The notes under the pieces were generated by a model. It was given only the letters and a program-made list of their open reading frames with translations. It was not told the DNA's origin and did not search any database. From Patescibacteria group bacterium (lineage in GTDB: Bacteria; Patescibacteriota; Patescibacteriia; 2-12-FULL-60-25), in NCBI GenBank assembly GCA_050303655.1, contig JBNLCE010000005.1, positions 1 through 32,000 on the forward strand: 32,000 bases of DNA, in the 5' to 3' direction. The position numbers and the translations under genes were made by a program. This document shows positions 25,467-30,506 of the stretch, piece by piece. Each line of letters opens with the position of its first letter. The first letter of the stretch is position 1.

Positions 25467-27274
25467 ACCACGGTTTCCACAGGCACGAAGACGGAATCCG
25501 GCTCCGGCACGTTGTATTCCACACGATCTACATACTCGCGCTTCTTACCCGTGTTCCACTGGTCGACCGGGCGGAAGTACCCCACAACGCGCGACCACAC
25601 TTCGCATGATTTTTCACACGTTGGGCACGTCTTGAGCTCGCCGCGAAGATAGCCATGATCCGGACACACACTGAACGTTGGCGTGATAGTGAAGTACGGC
25701 AGGTGATACCCATTCGCCACTTTGCGTACAAACGAGCGGCACGTCTTCCAATCCGTCACACGCTCTCCCAAAAAGAGGTGCAGAACCGTTCCACCCGTGT
25801 ATTTGGATTGCAACGCGTCCTGATGATCGAGTGCGGCAAGCGGATCATCCGTGGTTCCCACCGGAAGATGCGTGGAGTTGGTGTAGTACGGCGCATCCGG
25901 AACACCCGACTGCGTCATCCCCGGGTAGCGAAGACGATCCTCTTTTGCAAAACGGTAGGTCGTTCCTTCTGCAGGCGTGGCCTCAAGGTTGTACAAGTGA
26001 CCCGTTTCTTCCTGGTACTCCACAAGCCGCTTGTTCATAAAGTCGAGAACTTCCTTCGCAAACACACGACCCTTCTCTTCCGCAATCGAAGTGCCGAGAA
26101 AATTCAGGCACGCTTCGTGCATTCCGTTGAGGCCGATCGTGGAAAAGTGGTTGCGGAGTGAGTGGAGATATCGACGCGTGTACGGAAGAAGCCCACGGCG
26201 AATGTTCTCATCAACAACGACGCGCTTGCGTTCGAGCGATTCCATCGCAATATCCATCATCCCGCCAAGTCGCTCAAAAAACTCATCGCGATTCTTCGCG
26301 AGGTACCCGATACGCGCCAGGTTGAGCGTCACAACACCTACCGATCCCGTCATCTCCGCCGCGCCAAACAACCCACCGCCACGCGCCTTGAGCTCGCGCA
26401 GATCCAACTGAAGACGACAGCACATGCTTCGCACATCGCTTGGATTCAAATCCGAATTGATAAAATTCTGGAAATACGGGATGCCGTACTTTGCCGTCAT
26501 TTCAAAGAGCGCCTCCGCGTTCTCGCTATCCCAATCAAAATCTTTGGTGAGGTTGTATGTTGGAATCGGGAACGTAAAAATACGACCCTTTGCGTCACCT
26601 TTTGTCATGATCTCGATGAACGCCTTGTTCAACATGTCCATCTCAGCCTGGCATTCGCCGTACGTAAATTCCTGCTTTTCTCCGCCAATAACAGGCTTGA
26701 GTCGCTTTAAATCATCCGGGCACGTCCAATCAAGCGTAATATTCGTAAATGGCGTCTGTGTACCCCATCGCGACGGAACATTTAGGTTAAACACAAACTG
26801 CTGGACGCACTGCTTCACCTGCTCATACGTCATTTTGTCTTTGCGAACGAACGGCGCGAGATAGGTGTCGAATGACGAAAACGCCTGCGCACCCGCCCAC
26901 TCATTCTGAAGCGTTCCCAAAAAATTCACCATTTGCGCCACCGCCGTTTCCAAATGCTTTGGTGGGGATGATTCCACCTTGCCCGGAACTCCGTTAAACC
27001 CTTCTTCCAACAACTGCCGCAAGCTCCACCCTGCGCAATACCCGGAAAACATATCGAGGTCGTGGATGTGAATGTCACCTTCCATGTGAGCGTTCCGTAC
27101 ATCTTCGGGATATACCTCATGTAACCAATAATTCGCGATCAGCTTTCCGGATGTGTTCAAAATCATGCCGCCCAAACTAAATCCTTGATTTGCGTTTGCA
27201 TTCACGCGCCAGTCGGAACGGTCGAGGTATTCACCAATTGTTTTTTCAACATCAACGGCCACGGACGTTTTCAT
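25463..27274 (-). CDS. nrdD: Anaerobic (class III) ribonucleoside-triphosphate reductase, short form without ATP-cone
   Basis: CCRLQLDL active-site region, a C-terminal Zn site (CPDHG...CPTC) and the glycyl-radical motif RVVGYFRP. Confidence 0.95.
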   Translation of the reverse strand: MKTSVAVDVEKTIGEYLDRSDWRVNANANQGFSLGGMILNTSGKLIANYWLHEVYPEDVRNAHMEGDIHIHDLDMFSGYCAGWSLRQLLEEGFNGVPGKVESSPPKHLETAVAQMVNFLGTLQNEWAGAQAFSSFDTYLAPFVRKDKMTYEQVKQCVQQFVFNLNVPSRWGTQTPFTNITLDWTCPDDLKRLKPVIGGEKQEFTYGECQAEMDMLNKAFIEIMTKGDAKGRIFTFPIPTYNLTKDFDWDSENAEALFEMTAKYGIPYFQNFINSDLNPSDVRSMCCRLQLDLRELKARGGGLFGAAEMTGSVGVVTLNLARIGYLAKNRDEFFERLGGMMDIAMESLERKRVVVDENIRRGLLPYTRRYLHSLRNHFSTIGLNGMHEACLNFLGTSIAEEKGRVFAKEVLDFMNKRLVEYQEETGHLYNLEATPAEGTTYRFAKEDRLRYPGMTQSGVPDAPYYTNSTHLPVGTTDDPLAALDHQDALQSKYTGGTVLHLFLGERVTDWKTCRSFVRKVANGYHLPYFTITPTFSVCPDHGYLRGELKTCPTCEKSCEVWSRVVGYFRPVDQWNTGKKREYVDRVEYNVPEPDSVFVPVETVV

Positions 27275-27307
27275 ACTTGTTTGTTTTCTTTAATTCATTT
27301 TTTGAAT

Positions 27308-27330
27308 AAAAAAAACTCATCAGAGATGAG
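27308..27330 (-). terminator. Short hairpin + U8 between the Com-like ORF and nrdD (possible attenuator)
   Basis: Minus strand reads CTCATC-TCT-GATGAG followed by TTTTTTTT, 34 nt before the nrdD ATG. Confidence 0.4.
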
Positions 27331-27354
27331 CTTCGGGAGCTTCGCGGGACCCCG

Positions 27355-27561
27355 CTATCCAGAGGGGTTTGGCTTTTGGATGGAGATTCTATTTGGGCAT
27401 TTAGGAATCAGGCATAGGAGCTCATTGAATTCGGATCGGGTTATGGTGGTAAGGGCGTGGCACTTTTTGCATTTCACCTCGATCTCCCCCTCCACAAGAA
27501 GACCTTTAAATAGAAGTGCGTGGCACGTTTTGCATCGAAATTCGCGTTGGCAGGCTCCCAT
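27355..27561 (-). CDS. Mu Com-like zinc-ribbon small protein (68 aa)
   Basis: MGACQREFRCKTCHALLFKGLLVEGEIEVKCKKCHAL matches the Com pattern RC..C..LLFK......IE..C..C. Start taken at the internal ATG at 27561 because the longer track ORF runs through the NrdR boxes. No SD. Confidence 0.55.
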   Translation of the reverse strand: MGACQREFRCKTCHALLFKGLLVEGEIEVKCKKCHALTTITRSEFNELLCLIPKCPNRISIQKPNPSG

Positions 27562-27598
27562 ATAGAGGGAGGATACCACACCGTTAAGATGCGCAGAA

Positions 27599-27614
27599 AC
27601 ACAAGATATTGTGT
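27599..27614 (-). promoter_or_regulatory. NrdR box (promoter-proximal)
   Basis: ACACAAGATATTGTGT is a 16-bp palindrome matching the NrdR-box consensus acaCwAtATaTwGtgt. Confidence 0.8.
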
Positions 27615-27624
27615 TTCGTAAATG

Positions 27625-27633
27625 ATTATACCA
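27625..27633 (-). promoter_or_regulatory. Extended -10 (TGGTATAAT) of the nrd promoter
   Basis: Minus strand reads GTGGTATAAT between the two NrdR boxes. Confidence 0.65.
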
Positions 27634-27646
27634 CAACATATTGTGG
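27631..27646 (-). promoter_or_regulatory. NrdR box (distal)
   Basis: CCACAACATATTGTGG. There is a 16-bp gap (32 bp centre to centre) to the proximal box, which is the usual tandem arrangement. Confidence 0.8.
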
Positions 27647-27709
27647 TCACTTAGATTTCCCTGGGGATAAGTGATATTCTATATATGAAAATTATTCATT
27701 TCCTTAAAT

Positions 27710-27982
27710 ATGTTCTTCAAAAAGAAAAACAAAATGTCCTTTGACGTGTCTCGCGCGTCGCTTGCGGCAGGTTTGACCGCCGCCCTCTTCATGCTCGTGC
27801 TCAGTCTTTTAAATGCCGTTGGCGTGTATGAAAACGCCGCCATGCAGATGATGGAGTGGCATATGTTCTACGCCACCGACGTGACCGGTACGATCACCGG
27901 GATGATCGAGGCGTTCATTGTAACCTACGTCATGGTGTACGTTTTTGGCCACACGTACCATCACCTGGGTTCCAAGAAATAG
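27710..27982 (+). CDS. Small two-TM membrane protein
   Basis: 90 aa with two hydrophobic helices, followed by a strong terminator. The family is not securely recognised. Confidence 0.6.
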   Translation: MFFKKKNKMSFDVSRASLAAGLTAALFMLVLSLLNAVGVYENAAMQMMEWHMFYATDVTGTITGMIEAFIVTYVMVYVFGHTYHHLGSKK

Positions 27983-28000
27983 ATTTAATTGAAAGAAAGA

Positions 28001-28030
28001 ACGCCTCGCGAAGTCGCGGGGCGTTTTGAT
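28001..28030 (+). terminator. Rho-independent terminator
   Basis: ACGCCTCGCG-AAGT-CGCGGGGCGT followed by TTTTG. Confidence 0.8.
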
Positions 28031-28032
28031 TT

Positions 28033-28070
28033 AAAAACGCCCCGACCATGGAGTAACCACAGTCAGGGCG
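28033..28070 (-). terminator. Terminator of the small-ORF operon
   Basis: Minus strand reads CGCCCTGAC-15 nt-GTCGGGGCG followed by TTTTTAAAT, 44 nt after the ORFh stop. Confidence 0.6.
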
Positions 28071-28113
28071 CGTACGAGCCACCGAGTGAACCGGCGGCGA
28101 CTATCAGAACGCT

Positions 28114-28335
28114 TCAGCGCATCACTTCGCGGAACATTGCCGCGGTCACGCCGGGAAGCCCCCTGAGCGCCGTGATGGCCTCGTCCATCCGCTTCTCCCT
28201 CCACCACCGCACGGCGTCTTGCGCCATGCGAATGGGGGTGGTCATGACCGCACCGGCCACGAGGGTGATTGGGAGACGCGCGGTCTCCACCCACGCCTTC
28301 GCCCGACGGCGCGTAGCGCGAATGGAGGCACGCAT
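28114..28335 (-). CDS. Small ORF h (73 aa), one hydrophobic segment
   Basis: MRASIRATRRRAKAWVETARLPITLVAGAVMTTPIRMAQDAVRWWREKRMDEAITALRGLPGVTAAMFREVMR. This is the C-terminal part of the 138-aa track ORF; that ORF's N-terminal half is Arg/His junk overlapping ORFg. The ATG is 14 nt after the ORFg stop, with a weak SD. Confidence 0.45.
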   Translation of the reverse strand: MRASIRATRRRAKAWVETARLPITLVAGAVMTTPIRMAQDAVRWWREKRMDEAITALRGLPGVTAAMFREVMR

Positions 28336-28349
28336 CAGAAATGCCGGCC

Positions 28350-28523
28350 TCACACCCGTACTCCAATGGGAACGGTGAGCAGATCGCCGAGCTTTCTGAA
28401 CCCGACGTCGAACGCCCCCTCGAGGGTCATGAGCAGGGCGCCGATGATGCCGCCCATGATGCCCGCGAAGATGAGCGCGGCGATGAAGCCGGCTCCGAGT
28501 CCTGCCAAAAAATCTACTGCCAA
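28350..28523 (-). CDS. Small ORF g (57 aa): glycine-zipper membrane peptide, TTG start
   Basis: AAAGGAGG-TGCACC-TTG, then (M)AVDFLAGLGAGFIAALIFAGIMGGIIGALLMTLEGAFDVGFRKLGDLLTVPIGVRV. It is not in the ORF track (<60 aa). Confidence 0.6.
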   Translation of the reverse strand: MAVDFLAGLGAGFIAALIFAGIMGGIIGALLMTLEGAFDVGFRKLGDLLTVPIGVRV

Positions 28524-28547
28524 GGTGCACCTCCTTTTCTTTTGTTA

Positions 28548-28629
28548 CACCTACATCAGATTCGCAATGATTCGATATATCGTCAATTGGGGAGAGACAA
28601 TATCTCGAATGCGAACCTGGTGTAGGTGG
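28548..28629. repeat. Long imperfect inverted repeat (~30-bp arms)
   Basis: Left arm CACCTACATCAGATTCGCAATGATTCGATAT. The reverse complement of the right arm is CACCTACACCAGGTTCGCATTCGAGATAT. The centre contains TTGACG on the minus strand. Confidence 0.75.
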
Positions 28630-28656
28630 AGGAGCCGCGCGAGTGCGTGACTCCTC
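28629..28656 (-). repeat. Post-stop hairpin, copy D
   Basis: GAGGAGCCGCGC-GAGT-GCGTGACTCCTC, 8 nt from the ORFf stop codon (28665-28667). Confidence 0.75.
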
Positions 28657-28664
28657 TCAAAGAG

Positions 28665-28847
28665 CTAGTCGCTCTTCTTGTCACGCCGACGAGTCATCTC
28701 GTCGACGATCGCCTGGATGTGACCGTCCAGGTCGGTTCTTTCACAGTTCGATGACGTGATCTTTGATCGCGCCTCCGTGAGACGCTCCAGCTCCGCACGG
28801 AGCTCGTCATCGCCCATGTCCTTCAGAGCCTTGAGCTCATCACTCAT
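28665..28847 (-). CDS. Small ORF f (60 aa), helical; paralog of d and e
   Basis: AAGGAGG-TGGGCC-ATG. MSDELKALKDMGDDELRAELERLTEARSKITSSNCERTDLDGHIQAIVDEMTRRRDKKSD. The start overlaps the ORFe stop (ATGAGTGA). The track shows it only as the tail of a 120-aa shadow ORF. Confidence 0.65.
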   Translation of the reverse strand: MSDELKALKDMGDDELRAELERLTEARSKITSSNCERTDLDGHIQAIVDEMTRRRDKKSD

Positions 28848-29055
28848 GGCCCACCTCCTTCGTGTTGACGCGGATACCGCGCGTGCGACACACCGCGAGA
28901 ACTGATTCGATCTTCCGATCCATGCCGGTCTTCCCGACGTAGGAAGACCCTGACTTGCGCTGAAGCTTTGTGAACTCCTCGCGCGACGCGCGGAGCCTCT
29001 TGAGCTCCACCTTGAGCTCATCGTCATTCAGTGCCTCGTAATCAACTTCACTCAT
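28840..29055 (-). CDS. Small ORF e (71 aa), helical; paralog of d and f
   Basis: AAGGAGG-TGAGTC-ATG. MSEVDYEALNDDELKVELKRLRASREEF... Third codon positions are G/C-rich by eye. Confidence 0.65.
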   Translation of the reverse strand: MSEVDYEALNDDELKVELKRLRASREEFTKLQRKSGSSYVGKTGMDRKIESVLAVCRTRGIRVNTKEVGHE

Positions 29056-29087
29056 GACTCACCTCCTTGGTGAGGGATAGATCTGAA

Positions 29088-29156
29088 CTCTCAGAACTGC
29101 CGAAGGATTTCGGAAGTTCAGTTGAGTGGAGGAACCTGCGAGTTGCAAGCTCCTCC
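29088..29156 (-). repeat. Intercistronic two-hairpin element, copy A
   Basis: Forward strand: CTCTCA, GAACT-[GCCGAAGGATTTCGGA]-AGTTC, an 8-nt linker, then GAGGAACCTGC-GAGTT-GCAAGCTCCTC. It is 9 nt from the ORFd stop. Confidence 0.75.
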
Positions 29157-29165
29157 GGGTGGGTG

Positions 29166-29336
29166 TCAGCGTTTGTTGCGGACGGTGAATACTGCGTCGA
29201 TGATAACGATCCTGCGGTCGCCATTCGAACGCTCGGACTTATCACGCGCGAGCCGCTCGAGTTGCGCCATGAGCAGATACTGCTCCAAGCTATCGTTTGG
29301 CTGGTAGTTGCCGCTGAGGTAATTCTGATTTTGCAT
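29166..29336 (-). CDS. Small ORF d (56 aa); paralog of e and f
   Basis: GGGAGG-AAAAGG-ATG. MQNQNYLSGNYQPNDSLEQYLLMAQLERLARDKSERSNGDRRIVIIDAVFTVRNKR. It is not in the ORF track. Confidence 0.55.
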   Translation of the reverse strand: MQNQNYLSGNYQPNDSLEQYLLMAQLERLARDKSERSNGDRRIVIIDAVFTVRNKR

Positions 29337-29381
29337 CCTTTTCCTCCCGAGTTAAAGGGGCTGTTTATTCCCCGATTTCAT

Positions 29382-29439
29382 CTCTCAAATTTCTTTCAGA
29401 AATGGAATCGGGAGAGGAACGTCGAGTGACGTTCCTCTC
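29382..29439 (-). repeat. Intercistronic two-hairpin element, copy C
   Basis: CTCTCA, ATTTCT-TTC-AGAAAT, an 8-nt linker, then GAGAGGAACGTC-GAGT-GACGTTCCTCTC (perfect 12-bp stem). It is 7 nt from the ORFc stop. Confidence 0.8.
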
Positions 29440-29446
29440 GTGCGGC

Positions 29447-29803
29447 TTACGCCGCGATGGCGTTGATTTGAGCATCTTCGCTATAGAGCACGAAGACGTT
29501 TCTCGCCTCATGCAGAAGCGCCAGTCTCCACTCTACAGGAATCCCTGCTCGCATGAGCAACCGTCGTGTCGTGACTCGACGACTCGAGATCGAGAGGCCG
29601 TAGGCGAGCTCGTTCAGCAAGCTCCTCATCGCCTTCTTGATCTCCATGGCGGCTCTCACGCTCTGATCGTCTTGATCCAAAAGCGTGTAGAAAGCCTCTA
29701 GAGCTCTCCGCACCCGCCTCGGCGGCGCGGTCATGATCGCGCCTTCCGGCTTGTTGATGTCACCAAACTCAGTCGACTTCCCAGTCAAATTCAGTACGAG
29801 CAT
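29447..29803 (-). CDS. Small ORF c (118 aa) with possible C-terminal HTH
   Basis: GGGAGGA-TGCA-ATG. The C-terminal segment NELAYGLSISSRRVTTRRLLMRAG resembles sigma-70 region-4 or other HTH helices, but this similarity is weak. Confidence 0.6.
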   Translation of the reverse strand: MLVLNLTGKSTEFGDINKPEGAIMTAPPRRVRRALEAFYTLLDQDDQSVRAAMEIKKAMRSLLNELAYGLSISSRRVTTRRLLMRAGIPVEWRLALLHEARNVFVLYSEDAQINAIAA

Positions 29804-29843
29804 TGCATCCTCCCTCTCTGCCTTTCAGGCAGATTTTGGTTTA

Positions 29844-29910
29844 CTCTCAGAACGCTCGAATGATTCAAACGTTCAATTGAGCGAGGAACCATGCGAGCGC
29901 ATAGTTCCTC
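29844..29910 (-). repeat. Intercistronic two-hairpin element, copy B
   Basis: CTCTCA, GAACG-[CTCGAATGATTCAAA]-CGTTC, an 8-nt linker, then GAGGAACCATGC-GAGC-GCATAGTTCCTC. It is 10 nt from the ORFb stop. Confidence 0.8.
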
Positions 29911-29920
29911 TTCGCCGCTG

Positions 29921-30160
29921 TTACGCGGCGTACTTCTCGTCTAGCCTACGGAGCTTCCGACGTAGATCGCGGATCTCACGCTTCAGCTCCTTGCTCCTCT
30001 CGTCCAACCGAGCGCGTTGCTCGTACACCGAGAATCCCATCGGGTTGAACCCGCCGGGTCCGCCGAACAAAGTCGTCTCCAGAGAGGAGCGGCGCTTTCG
30101 CAGGTCGCGAAGCGCATCTTCCCTACGCGCGATGGAGTCGTGAATCTCGGGCCTCGTCAT
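29921..30160 (-). CDS. Small ORF b (79 aa), coiled-coil ends with a Gly-rich centre
   Basis: AAGGAGG-TGAAGTG-ATG. MTRPEIHDSIARREDALRDLRKRR...GGPGGFNPMG...LKREIRDLRRKLRRLDEKYAA. The ATG shares one nt with the ORFa stop (TGATG). Confidence 0.65.
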   Translation of the reverse strand: MTRPEIHDSIARREDALRDLRKRRSSLETTLFGGPGGFNPMGFSVYEQRARLDERSKELKREIRDLRRKLRRLDEKYAA

Positions 30161-30264
30161 CACTTCACCTCCTTCTCGATATCGTGGTCGCAGTCGCCCA
30201 AGACCAACTCGGCCAAGCGGGCAACGATCTCATTGATACGAGTCTGATTTTCCGAATTTTCCAT
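30160..30264 (-). CDS. Small ORF a (34 aa)
   Basis: GAGGAGG-AATC-ATG. MENSENQTRINEIVARLAELVLGDCDHDIEKEVK. It is not in the ORF track. A competing 15-codon out-of-frame uORF starts at 30277. Confidence 0.45.
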   Translation of the reverse strand: MENSENQTRINEIVARLAELVLGDCDHDIEKEVK

Positions 30265-30358
30265 GATTCCTCCTCATTTATTCACTCCTGATCCCCTCTG
30301 ATCAGAAGCCCCTCGAATGGGAGAATGATTTCTCCTATTTGAGGGTAGATTGTCGAAG

Positions 30359-30426
30359 TAACAATAAAACGTGATAGGAATAGGGCCTTTTATAGAAAAA
30401 GCGCGATTCCTACCACGTTTTGGTAG
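30359..30426 (-). terminator. Leader terminator/antiterminator pair
   Basis: On the mRNA: ACGUGGUAGGAAU-24 nt-AUUCCUAUCACGU followed by UUUAUUGUU. The upstream hairpin CUACCA-AAACG-UGGUAG uses the same UGGUAG. Confidence 0.55.
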
Positions 30427-30477
30427 ATATCTGCCCGCTCTCCCCTTCGGACGTATTCTTCAAGTTTTAACAAGAAC

Positions 30478-30506
30478 AATATAGCACCTTTTGGAAGTTT
30501 TGTCAA
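30478..30506 (-). promoter_or_regulatory. Near-consensus sigma-70 promoter of the small-ORF operon
   Basis: Minus strand reads TTGACA-17 nt-TATATT with TG at the extended -10 position (TGCTATATT). Confidence 0.7.

Noticed and set aside
27540-27560. Cobalamin riboswitch B12-box in the nrdD leader (GGGAGCCTGCC)
   Set aside because: The match covers only the last few bases of the B12 box. The predicted transcription start leaves ~55 nt upstream, too little for the conserved riboswitch core, and none of the other conserved blocks are present. The segment also lies at the start of the Com-like ORF.
28114-28530. 138-aa ORF from the track
   Set aside because: The N-terminal 65 residues are Arg/His-rich, low-complexity and without an SD. 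An SD-led TTG ORF in another frame (ORFg) gives a coherent membrane peptide. Only the C-terminal 73 aa are kept, as ORFh.
28665-29027. 120-aa ORF from the track
   Set aside because: Its first half is Ser/Arg-rich and overlaps ORFe out of frame. An internal ATG at 28847 with a perfect AAGGAGG SD gives ORFf.
29048-29245. 65-aa ORF from the track
   Set aside because: It reads straight through the two hairpins of element A, has a low-complexity Ser/Thr composition, and starts with a non-ATG codon without an SD. Its KEVSHE end is simply the translated SD and start region of ORFe.
28629-29910. CRISPR array as an explanation for the repeated hairpin elements
   Set aside because: There are only four copies, spaced irregularly (~230-470 bp). 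The repeats are not identical. The intervening sequence is SD-led coding sequence. No cas genes are present.
28629-29910. Integron gene cassettes with attC sites (CALIN-like array)
   Set aside because: The cassette-like layout and the AAC...GTT ends of the hairpin are suggestive. However, the stems are only ~12 bp (28-31 nt in total), which is too short to hold R and L boxes. The flanks read GAGGAAC/GTTCCTC rather than RYYYAAC/GTTRRRY. No extrahelical-base pattern or intI gene is visible.
27989-30247. Plus-strand ORFs across the small-ORF region (27989-28378, 28219-28650, 28341-28625, 29067-29429, 29402-29701, 29733-30143, 30017-30247)
   Set aside because: They are Arg/Ser/Pro/His-rich with no SDs. 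They are mirror images of minus-strand ORFs that do have SDs and plausible composition.
30230-30277. 15-codon uORF (MRRNHGKFGKSDSYQ) as the true first cistron instead of ORFa
   Set aside because: Not fully rejected. It has better SD spacing (7 nt) than ORFa (4 nt). ORFa is preferred because it has G/C-rich third positions and ends in a TGATG junction with ORFb. Ribo-seq would decide between them.
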